Positions 47,280-55,345 of a DNA stretch of 64,000 bases are shown here, piece after piece. Positions within the stretch are counted from its first letter, which is position 1. Each line of letters starts with the position of its first letter. Source of the DNA: Patescibacteria group bacterium (GTDB taxonomy: Bacteria > Patescibacteriota > Patescibacteriia > UBA10025 > JAHIVO01); contig JBMOKY010000001.1 of assembly GCA_049325535.1 (NCBI GenBank), positions 621,942 through 685,941 on the forward strand. Reading direction: 5' to 3'. The notes under the pieces were generated by a model. That model did no database searches and was not told where the DNA came from. It worked only from the letters and a program-made list of their open reading frames with translations. The position numbers were made by a program, and so were the translations under genes.

Positions 47280-47425
47280 ACGCTTCTTTTCTAAGTACCC
47301 ACTTGGTTGTCCGTGTAGGTGAGGCGTAGTTATGATGCTTCGGTTAAGCTGAACTAGATGGCCTGATTATGAATAATATTTTTACTCAATGGCTTCGAAA
47401 AACTAATTGCCCGCTGTTCGTAAGG

Positions 47426-47923
47426 TTATTCCACCGCCGCCAAATTAAAATTTTTACCGCTCTGTTGTTCATTTTCACCGAGACCAGGTGGATCGGCAAT
47501 CTGATTGCGATAATTCGTATGCCAAATCCATACCCCCATCACTACTACTAATATGCCAAAGCCAAATAAGAATAATTTCATGTCGCTACGTTTACTACGT
47601 TTGGGTATTAATCGAAAGATACTGTAAGCTAGCGCAACATACAGTAACCAGTTACTCAGCAAATTACGAACAATTAATTTACCTCCACCCGGGGCTTCTG
47701 GCCAGACACAATCTGCAAAAACTGTGCCTCCAGGCTGATCGGGCAATACCGAAGTGTAATTATACTGTGGTCGTGCGTACTGGACGGGTAACGGGAATCC
47801 ATAGACATTATTCTCACAGTACCCATACATCTGGCTTGAAGCTATTGTAATTTCCATGGTGACCAGGGTGACTCCCAGTCCGACGAATACCGCGAGTGGA
47901 ACCAACCACCATCGTATGTACAT
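47426..47923 (-). CDS. hypothetical membrane protein
   Basis: Three TM helices; no recognised family. Confidence 0.4.
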   Translation of the reverse strand: MYIRWWLVPLAVFVGLGVTLVTMEITIASSQMYGYCENNVYGFPLPVQYARPQYNYTSVLPDQPGGTVFADCVWPEAPGGGKLIVRNLLSNWLLYVALAYSIFRLIPKRSKRSDMKLFLFGFGILVVVMGVWIWHTNYRNQIADPPGLGENEQQSGKNFNLAAVE

Positions 47924-48153
47924 ACGTGTTATTCAAATTATTTCAGATACCGGCGTTCAGAGCTACTTGAAACAATATGATACTTATCATGGTATCATCC
48001 GCTTTCCATTCAAACAAGATATCTCTGTTCATTTAAAAATAGTAATAAATTCTAGAGAAAATCTAATGAAGAAAATTTTAAAACACTAGAAAAAACCTAA
48101 TATCAAAGATAGCAGGCTGGATCAAGCGCATCCGTAAATGTAACATAGTCAAA

Positions 48154-48192
48154 TAAAAAAACCTGTAGACACACAATGAGTGCCAACAGGTT
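48154..48192 (-). terminator. rho-independent terminator (minus strand)
   Basis: AACCTGT-N19-ACAGGTT hairpin, followed on the minus strand by a seven-U run. Confidence 0.5.
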
Positions 48193-48215
48193 ACACTGGA
48201 AACGGCGTGCTGATA

Positions 48216-48404
48216 TCAGCGCAGCCGTGGTTTGGCCGACATGCCCGGACGAAGTCCGGGGATTCGTATGGATGTGCACGTGTGTACAATGGTGGCGCCG
48301 CAGTGGGCGCCACATAAGCGACAGATGCCATCGGCATCAATAGGTTCGGTGCGAATAGCATTGCGTTTTGTGCCCCTGCGATCATAACTGCGGTCACCTG
48401 ACAT
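48216..48404 (-). CDS. hypothetical small Cys-containing protein (62 aa; CxxCx3Cx6C)
   Basis: SD GGAGG 5 nt upstream of the ATG at 48404; terminator downstream; other overlapping ORFs in this interval lack an SD. Confidence 0.4.
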   Translation of the reverse strand: MSGDRSYDRRGTKRNAIRTEPIDADGICRLCGAHCGATIVHTCTSIRIPGLRPGMSAKPRLR

Positions 48405-48558
48405 GCTGCCTCCTTGGCCGGGATTGTGATGAACTTATACCACTACACATGGTTGATCATGAACCATCGAAGGTATAGTCGTGTACATACTACACTATAC
48501 TAAAACTATTGTCAATAGTGATTATCAATAACTCACTCCCCGGCTACGCCATACGCCA

Positions 48559-48600
48559 TAAAAAACCAACACTGGCGCTTCGGGCGAAGCACCAGTGTGG
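48559..48600 (-). terminator. rho-independent terminator (minus strand)
   Basis: CCACACTGGTGCTTCG-CC-CGAAGCGCCAGTGTTGG followed by TTTTTT on the minus strand. Confidence 0.6.
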
Positions 48601-48625
48601 GAAAGGGTTGTATGGGGTACTTTTT

Positions 48626-49174
48626 TTATTCCACCGATGATGTCTGGGGTGGACGTCCATGCATGCTCATACCTGCATGGCCCGTATGTTGCTGGATATG
48701 TTCTAGGCGCTCATCCATCTCATCCTGGGTGATAGTACCATTGTCTACCATTTCCTGTAGATGAGTTTTGGCCTCAAGTGTTCTCTGCTCTCGCATCTGC
48801 TCCTGAAGGGCAGTATGGCTGATACCTTTTTCATCGAGCAGCTGGGCAAATGTTTTATCCTTGAGCTGCTGAGTCAGTTCATCGGTGCTGATACCCAGCA
48901 CGTCTGCCTGATGCTCGAGCCGCTGCTGTGAACGAAGGGTGTCGAGCTCCTGATGGCTGACCCCATGACTGTCGAGGAAAGACGCCATGCCATCCTGAGC
49001 GATTTCCTGCTCCGCTTCACTGACGCTGACATTTGCGAATTCCGCCAGTTGTTCAGTTGGCGCTCCTGGGCCGAAACCTCCGCCGATTCCACGCGCCGCA
49101 GCGACGGTGCCGCCGACGAGGAGAAAGGCGGAGAGGCCAAGGATTGCGCCGAGTGCGTACTTGTTCATGCGCAT
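48626..49174 (-). CDS. hypothetical secreted protein with repeated helical G[IV]S[HT]xEL motifs; start trimmed to MRMNKY
   Basis: Signal peptide; three repeats (GVSHQELDTL / GISTDELTQQL / GISHTALQEQM); terminator downstream. Confidence 0.5.
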   Translation of the reverse strand: MRMNKYALGAILGLSAFLLVGGTVAAARGIGGGFGPGAPTEQLAEFANVSVSEAEQEIAQDGMASFLDSHGVSHQELDTLRSQQRLEHQADVLGISTDELTQQLKDKTFAQLLDEKGISHTALQEQMREQRTLEAKTHLQEMVDNGTITQDEMDERLEHIQQHTGHAGMSMHGRPPQTSSVE

Positions 49175-49244
49175 TCGGTGATTAATAATTAGGGGTGATG
49201 ATCGATCTGTCGACCTGCACCCCTTACTACGCCGACGTGATGAA

Positions 49245-50021
49245 TTATTTTTCAAACCGGTAAAATATCTCCATGCGTTCGTGATGCGGGATCACTCCCT
49301 GGCTAATGCCAGGGCCGATATACAGCGGCAGTACCTGGCTCGCCACGAAAATATCTGATTGCGAACCCTGGATATGCCCAATCACGCGCACAAAATCACC
49401 AACATTCGGATCAAACCGCCGTGGCATACTGAAATCCTGCGCCGGCTGAATAATCCAGGAATTGCCGTCAAACGACATCAGCTGAAACATCCCGACCCCG
49501 CTCAGCATGGTCGTCACCTGCCCGGCGAGCAACCCTTGCTGTGGCTGCATCCAGATGAGGATGCGATCGTCAGGGCCACGGAACAGAAATGGCGCCCGTT
49601 CCGCAAGCAACCGGTCAATTTTCGGCCCCAGTCCAAATCCATATAGCGCACCGCCAACGACCATGCTGAAAACGATACTGGCAGCCACCAGCCAATACGC
49701 GTGATATTTATAAGCGCCACGAGTATGCCGGACATTGTAGTACGCCAGGCCGATGAAGAGGATAAGTACGCCAATCCATATGTAGGGCAACGTGGTGACC
49801 ACGTGCGTAATCGGCGGTTTAGGCAGATACTCGAGCACTTCCCAGTCATTATTGACCACTTCAAACAGCATCACGCTGAATGACACACTCCCCAAGAGCG
49901 CGGCAAATCCAGCCGCCGTCCACACCAGTGACCGCTGCACCAGAAACTGCCAGCGCGGTTTAGGCACGATATGCTGTTCTTTGATGGTATGGAGTATTTT
50001 GTCGGTTAATTGCTCGTTCAT
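49245..50021 (-). CDS. putative membrane anti-sigma factor
   Basis: Overlaps and follows the ECF sigma gene; four TM helices and an extracytoplasmic C-terminus. Confidence 0.5.
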   Translation of the reverse strand: MNEQLTDKILHTIKEQHIVPKPRWQFLVQRSLVWTAAGFAALLGSVSFSVMLFEVVNNDWEVLEYLPKPPITHVVTTLPYIWIGVLILFIGLAYYNVRHTRGAYKYHAYWLVAASIVFSMVVGGALYGFGLGPKIDRLLAERAPFLFRGPDDRILIWMQPQQGLLAGQVTTMLSGVGMFQLMSFDGNSWIIQPAQDFSMPRRFDPNVGDFVRVIGHIQGSQSDIFVASQVLPLYIGPGISQGVIPHHERMEIFYRFEK

Positions 50022-50608
50022 AGTTCGATATTCTCCTTCTCAATAATACTACGCAGCTGAGCCTTTGCCCGATGCATCAGGGTGCCGATCGTCCCCACTG
50101 GTTTTTGCATGATATCGGATATTTCCTGATAGTCTTTTTCTTCCACATACCGCAGTAATAGCACATCGGCGTATTTACGGTCGAGGCGCTGGATCAAACG
50201 CTGGACAGTAGCCGCGTCCAAGCGCTGGCTTACCTCCGTATGTACGTCACGCTCATCTTTGACCATTTCCAAAAATTGTTCCGCAGATTCTCCGCCGATG
50301 AGCTGTACCCGGGCCGTTCGTTTGCGGTGGTCGCTGATGGTTGCATTGCGTGTAATCCGGTATATCCACGAGGAAAATTTGAGAGCGGGGTCAAAATCCC
50401 GCAAATTACGGTACGCATTGATAAATACTTCCTGGAGTATGTCCTCGGCATCCTCCGCCGAAAGGCCGGAAAGCCGCCGAATGTACCGTAGGAGCGGCGC
50501 CTGATAGCGCTCCACCAAACACCCATACCACTCCTGATCCTGCAGGGTTCGCTGGACAATCTCTTCATCGGTTGTTTCGGCGCAATCCTTCAGCATGCAA
50601 AAAAACAA
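50018..50608 (-). CDS. ECF-type RNA polymerase sigma-70 factor
   Basis: Region 2 (FSSWIYRITRNATISDHRKR) and region 4 (YQEISDIMQKPVGTIGTLMHRAKAQLR). Confidence 0.85.
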   Translation of the reverse strand: MFFCMLKDCAETTDEEIVQRTLQDQEWYGCLVERYQAPLLRYIRRLSGLSAEDAEDILQEVFINAYRNLRDFDPALKFSSWIYRITRNATISDHRKRTARVQLIGGESAEQFLEMVKDERDVHTEVSQRLDAATVQRLIQRLDRKYADVLLLRYVEEKDYQEISDIMQKPVGTIGTLMHRAKAQLRSIIEKENIEL

Positions 50609-50677
50609 GATATTAGAGTATTGTATCTACTACGCCGCATCAGACGAAAAAATTTCACAATCAGAGCCACGGCCAAA

Positions 50678-51142
50678 CTAAAAATCATCAGGCTCCATCC
50701 AGCTATCCAACTGCGTCACCGGCAGTAATTGGGCTATGTGTACTGCCACTTTTCGGACAGTCCGATCCACGGTGCCGGTAGTCTGGATTACCCGGTCTTC
50801 ATTACCACTGCCCTGAATCGGTAAAATATCGCACGTACCCTGCCCTAGCTGGAGCGTCTCCCCGCCCGCGTATCCACTGTCCATCCGGAGTTGATTCAGC
50901 GCGTATTCAGCACAGGCATCAGCCAATCCGCGTGCTTCCGCCGATTGCTGACCGCTCAGGCTCGTCTGGGCGCTGCTGATACCGAAGGTCATCAGAGTGG
51001 ACGCCACAGCCAATCCCACCACGCTGATCACCAGTACGCTGATCAGTACGACGTATCCCCGCTGCCGGGATTGATGCTTAGCGAAGGCTGGCTGTGGCAT
51101 AAAAAGTTTGTTCATATGAATACGCATATTGACCGCCGGCAT
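50678..51142 (-). CDS. PilX-like type IV pilus minor pilin/assembly protein
   Basis: N-terminus QRGYVVLISVLVISVVGLAVAS resembles the PilX_N hydrophobic segment; about 150 aa. Confidence 0.5.
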   Translation of the reverse strand: MPAVNMRIHMNKLFMPQPAFAKHQSRQRGYVVLISVLVISVVGLAVASTLMTFGISSAQTSLSGQQSAEARGLADACAEYALNQLRMDSGYAGGETLQLGQGTCDILPIQGSGNEDRVIQTTGTVDRTVRKVAVHIAQLLPVTQLDSWMEPDDF

Positions 51143-51584
51143 TACGGCGTGATAGTTGCAGCACTATGCGCACGGCGCCTGGACTACCTGGGGTCGTTAC
51201 CGAAGTGACGCTGAAAGTGTCGACGGCGACCTGACGTGAAGTAAGCGCCACCGAAGATCCGGCTCCCTGAGTAATCATAAGCGTCCCATCGACAACTGAA
51301 AACGTAGTCGGACTGAGCGCGGCATCGGCGACATCAATGGTTAGGACCTGGCCAGTGCCGCTCGCCGGAGCCTGAAGCGTAGTCGCGGATCGAACAGCCT
51401 GAGTCATTACCCGGAGCACGTGTACCCCCTGCTGCTCCACTTCACTGATGCTCTCCGTACGGATCCGGGCGGTCAGTGTCATAAATAATAATGACGATAC
51501 ACCGGCTACCACAATCCCCGCGATGCCGATGTAGACGAGCAACTCGAGCAAGGTAAATCCGCGTGGTACAGCTGAGGATTTCAT
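51078..51584 (-). CDS. type IV pilin-like protein (prepilin N-terminal methylation motif)
   Basis: RGFTLLELLVYIGIAGIV class III signal peptide with Glu at +5. Confidence 0.7.
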   Translation of the reverse strand: MKSSAVPRGFTLLELLVYIGIAGIVVAGVSSLLFMTLTARIRTESISEVEQQGVHVLRVMTQAVRSATTLQAPASGTGQVLTIDVADAALSPTTFSVVDGTLMITQGAGSSVALTSRQVAVDTFSVTSVTTPGSPGAVRIVLQLSRRNAGGQYAYSYEQTFYATASLR

Positions 51585-52978
51585 TGGGGCATGATAATAA
51601 TGCACTCGTTACTATTTTGGGTACCGGCCAATACAGCGCGATCAAGCGTACTGCTGTATGCGACCCCGCGGAGCGGCCCGTTCACATCGAGGGTGGATAC
51701 CTCGACGATGTTTTCCAAATCAGAAATATCTGCCACCTTGAAGTCAGCCGACGTCTGCCCGGTAGCCAAAAAGACATATTGATTACCCGCCCCCAGCGCC
51801 ATGTCATACACCGCGCCGCTGGCATTATAGATACCCAGCGGTTTCGGTGTCAGGGGCGTGGCTATATCAATAGTCTCGACGGCATTCCCAGCCGTACCCA
51901 GCACTATCGTATTCCCAAAACCAGCCACACTAAGCCCATCAGCCGTACCTGAGGCGTTATAGCTGGCCACCTGCGTGATAACCGCCGGATTGGCTACATT
52001 AATAACCGTTAATTCTTGCGCGTTATTGGCTGAGGCAACATACGCATACGTACCCAAAACAATGACATCATTAGCCTGGCTTCCCAGATTCATCGAGTCC
52101 TGCAGATGCGGGCTGGCGGGTGTGCTCACGTCAATGGCAAAAAATTCGTCACTGGTACTGGACGCGCGTACTAGATACACAGTCGAACCGGCTACGGTTA
52201 CCCCGAGGGCGTTTGCCACGCCAGCGGCATTATAGCTTCGTACCGTTACCGGCGCCGATGGTGTGGAAATATCCACTATTTGCAATTCCGCGTTATTATC
52301 ACTGGAAGCGACGTATGCATACTGTCCTGCCAGTGTAATATCGTTTCCGCCGGTAGCTAGATTGAGGCTGCCGGCTACCTGCGGCGAAGTAGGATCGCTA
52401 ATATCAATAACCATAAAATTTGGCGTTCCACTTGGACGGACCATATACGCGTACGAGCCGCTGATCTGCACTTTTACTGCGTCTGCATTGCCAGCCAGAT
52501 TCAGTGATGCCTCCACCGTAGGATTCGTCCAGGAGGCCAGTGACTGAACCTGATGCCAATCGGTCAAATACGTCACCAGCGAAATGGTGCCCGTCCGCCC
52601 GCCGGACTGTGGCCACGTCACCCGGCTGGTGATTTCCCGAGTCTGCGCATCAAGCGAGCGTATGGTTATAGTACGAGTAAAATCATCAGTCCGGTCGCTA
52701 CTGCCAGCGAATTGCCAGTTATCACCCACCAACTGCAGTCCATACGTACCATCGGTGAATATGCCAAAATCAGCGTCGCGGATCGTGCGGGATGCTTCCA
52801 GACCTTCATCGGCCAATTGCACCGCCCGTTCTCGAGCGCCAGCCGTCAGTGCCGCATCCTGACTGGTGATATATGAGCCGACGAGGATAACGATGATAAT
52901 TGCGAAAATCCCGCCCGCGACGAGTATTTCGACCAGGGATATGCCAGACTGTGATTGTCGCGGGAGGTGGTGTGTCAT
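51581..52978 (-). CDS. PilV-like minor pilin fused to an LVIVD-repeat beta-propeller
   Basis: N-terminus GISLVEILVAGGIFAIIIV (prepilin type); C-terminal six repeats with LVIVD-type signatures (MVIDISDPTSP, LQIVDISTPSAP, FAIDVSTPASP, LTVINVANPAV, VETIDIATPLTP, KVADISDLENI). Confidence 0.7.
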   Translation of the reverse strand: MTHHLPRQSQSGISLVEILVAGGIFAIIIVILVGSYITSQDAALTAGARERAVQLADEGLEASRTIRDADFGIFTDGTYGLQLVGDNWQFAGSSDRTDDFTRTITIRSLDAQTREITSRVTWPQSGGRTGTISLVTYLTDWHQVQSLASWTNPTVEASLNLAGNADAVKVQISGSYAYMVRPSGTPNFMVIDISDPTSPQVAGSLNLATGGNDITLAGQYAYVASSDNNAELQIVDISTPSAPVTVRSYNAAGVANALGVTVAGSTVYLVRASSTSDEFFAIDVSTPASPHLQDSMNLGSQANDVIVLGTYAYVASANNAQELTVINVANPAVITQVASYNASGTADGLSVAGFGNTIVLGTAGNAVETIDIATPLTPKPLGIYNASGAVYDMALGAGNQYVFLATGQTSADFKVADISDLENIVEVSTLDVNGPLRGVAYSSTLDRAVLAGTQNSNECIIIMPQ

Positions 52979-52981
52979 GGG

Positions 52982-53440
52982 TTATTGGCTTACCATACCA
53001 TGGGAATTTATAGTCACAGTCAGAGTACGTTCGCGAGCGCTGAAAGAAATAATACCCGTACTGACCGGCAGGCCGCTCACTTTTGAAAACACCACTTCGG
53101 TCATTCCGCCCAATGTCAGCGCTGTATTGATAGCGGTAACCTCATCAAACTGAGCATCACGGTTGGCATATGACTCACCCTGGAATACGACGATGCTACC
53201 TGGACCGACACGCACCCCCCAGGTACTGTCGCCGGCGCTGGCCATAGCCAGCGACTGTGCCCGGCGAAGATTATGAACGGTGCTGAGCGCGGCTATATCT
53301 ACATCTGCGCGAACCTGAAATGACTGATACACCGGCGCCGCAAAACCGGCCAGCAAGCCGATGACCGTGACGGTCACCAGTACCTCCAATAAAGTAAACC
53401 CAGAAATCCGGCTGATAGTCTGTACTGCGAATTGATGCAT
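52982..53440 (-). CDS. type IV pilin-like protein (FimT/GspH-like)
   Basis: SGFTLLEVLVTVTVIG prepilin motif; start trimmed to MHQFAV. Confidence 0.7.
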   Translation of the reverse strand: MHQFAVQTISRISGFTLLEVLVTVTVIGLLAGFAAPVYQSFQVRADVDIAALSTVHNLRRAQSLAMASAGDSTWGVRVGPGSIVVFQGESYANRDAQFDEVTAINTALTLGGMTEVVFSKVSGLPVSTGIISFSARERTLTVTINSHGMVSQ

Positions 53441-53567
53441 ACTGCTTGCAAAAAATACCCCCTTCGGTGTACCATTGCTGATGTCTACATGTGGCATATG
53501 GTGGCTATAGTATACCATATTTTACAGATTTCCGAGCAAAGTACATAAACCTCATCCTGGCATCCTC

Positions 53568-54017
53568 ATGAAGTCATCACTCCGAAATATTTTATTTGGA
53601 CTGATCGTCGGCGGTTTGCTGCTCGGCACTGCTGGGTATTTCCTGATTAAAAACACCGAAAAAGTCGTGACTGAACCCGCCCCATCGGCTCCCGGTGAAA
53701 CGGCGCAACCAGAACCCCTGCCCGTCTCCACTCCGCAGCCAGAACCGCCAACCGTATCATTAGTGTCCGCGCCGTATTTTTTTAGCCCGGTTCGTATCAC
53801 CATACCCGAGGGAACGACTGTCCGTTTTAATGTCACGAATTTCGGCAAACATACATTTACCTCCAGCCAGCTCGGCGTGCGCATTCCCCTGGAGCAGACC
53901 CACCAGTCATTTTCGCTCACTCCGACCAAAACCGGAGTTTTTGAATTTTACAGCACCGTCAATAATGACCGGGCACGTGGTATGGAAGGCGCGATCGTTG
54001 TCGTCCCAAATTCCTAG
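53568..54017 (+). CDS. membrane-anchored cupredoxin-like domain protein lacking an evident copper site
   Basis: TM anchor, Pro-rich linker, about 90-aa beta domain with cupredoxin-like pattern (RITIPEGTTVRFNVTN...GVFEFYS...GAIVVV) but no Cys/Met ligands. Confidence 0.4.
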   Translation: MKSSLRNILFGLIVGGLLLGTAGYFLIKNTEKVVTEPAPSAPGETAQPEPLPVSTPQPEPPTVSLVSAPYFFSPVRITIPEGTTVRFNVTNFGKHTFTSSQLGVRIPLEQTHQSFSLTPTKTGVFEFYSTVNNDRARGMEGAIVVVPNS

Positions 54018-54021
54018 CTAC

Positions 54022-54049
54022 AAAAAAAGGCGCACCATCGTGATGCGCC
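54022..54049 (-). terminator. rho-independent terminator (minus strand)
   Basis: GGCGCA-N9-TGCGCC hairpin followed on the minus strand by TTTTTTT. Confidence 0.5.
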
Positions 54050-54062
54050 CATGAGCAACTGA

Positions 54063-54437
54063 CTAATCAGATTCAGAATTTTTTTCGTTCGCCAGTTCAT
54101 CTGCTGCTGCAGAATCCCGTAGCTGTACGCGCTGAGCGTAACCAAGAGCGCCACCATTATTGATGTAATACATAATGAGTGCGTCTTTGCCGGCATCAGT
54201 GCTGAGGTCGGCGTCAATCCCTGTCGCCAGTCGGTAGAAGTTCCGGTTGTCATCGCCGAGAGCTTCAGTTATTTGAATCTGATTATATTCAGAAAGTGCT
54301 GTATCTTTGTGGTCGGCCGCTGAGGCTGGGTCTTTGTCCTGCGCGGTACACATGTGTTGCCTCCATTTCGGATTCCGAAAAACCGCTTCACCGCAGTATA
54401 CACCAATGGGTAAAAAAAGAAAGACCCACAGTGTCAC
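54063..54437 (-). CDS. hypothetical protein
   Basis: 124-aa ORF with a terminator downstream; signal-like N-terminus. Confidence 0.4.
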   Translation of the reverse strand: MTLWVFLFLPIGVYCGEAVFRNPKWRQHMCTAQDKDPASAADHKDTALSEYNQIQITEALGDDNRNFYRLATGIDADLSTDAGKDALIMYYINNGGALGYAQRVQLRDSAAADELANEKNSESD

Positions 54438-54538
54438 GTACTGCGGGTTTGCCGATCATTAGCGGTAGTCTCTAAAAGGTAAAAAGTCCTCACTGGAAAT
54501 AAGTGGGCAAAAACAGAAAGTCAGTCAGCATAAATCTA

Positions 54539-54922
54539 TTATGCCAAACCCAATTTTCGCTGCACCTCCCCGACGATACCGTCTAAATCATAGGACGTTT
54601 TGAGCAGGTAGTCGTTGGCTCCGTATTTTAGGGCGGTGGCCACCTTTTCTGGATCCGCATACCCAGTGAGTAGCATCACGTGCACAGTTTTGCCCCATTC
54701 ATCTGCGCGAAGTGCTTTGAGCATTTCCAGACCATCCATCTTCGGCATGACGATATCCAGTAATATAAGACGAGGATGCTGAGTGAGTGCCATTTCCAGG
54801 CCCATCTCACCGTCCATCGCTTCGATGACTGTGAATTGGGCTTCCCGCAGGGCTTCGGATACTGCGGTTCGTTTTACATCTTCGTCGTCAACTACCAAGA
54901 TGGCTGGTTTATTGTTCTTCAT
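54539..54922 (-). CDS. response regulator, receiver domain only (CheY-like)
   Basis: DD pair, phospho-acceptor Asp (LILLDIVMP), conserved T and K; 127 aa with no output domain. Confidence 0.85.
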   Translation of the reverse strand: MKNNKPAILVVDDEDVKRTAVSEALREAQFTVIEAMDGEMGLEMALTQHPRLILLDIVMPKMDGLEMLKALRADEWGKTVHVMLLTGYADPEKVATALKYGANDYLLKTSYDLDGIVGEVQRKLGLA

Positions 54923-54928
54923 AGGTTT

Positions 54929-55312
54929 TTATGCTGATAAACGTTTTTTTATCTCTTCCACAAATGGGAGTAATTTGGTTTCGTTTTTTACCATCAATTC
55001 TGTTTTGGGATGTTTGAGCGCATCCTCAATCATTTGGTCACGCGAATAATTAGTCAGTATGAGCACGGGGACGGTATTGCCCCAGGAATCCTTACGCAAC
55101 CGCACATACACATCATGTCCGTGCATTTTTGGCATCAGCCAGTCGAGCACGATCAGATCGGGATGTTCGGCCAAGGCGAAATCAATTGCCGCCTGACCAT
55201 CGGGCATACCGACAGCGCGAAACCCTTCAGCGGTCAGTGCCTGCACCAGAGCAGTCCGGACCGCATCCTCATCCTCTGCTATGAGTATTTTCTTTTGTGT
55301 CACCATATGCAC
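54929..55312 (-). CDS. response regulator, receiver domain only (CheY-like)
   Basis: Same receiver architecture (LIVLDWLMP); 127 aa. Confidence 0.85.
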   Translation of the reverse strand: MHMVTQKKILIAEDEDAVRTALVQALTAEGFRAVGMPDGQAAIDFALAEHPDLIVLDWLMPKMHGHDVYVRLRKDSWGNTVPVLILTNYSRDQMIEDALKHPKTELMVKNETKLLPFVEEIKKRLSA

Positions 55313-55345
55313 GTATCTCCTTTCTAGCTTCAGAATAGCACAGTA

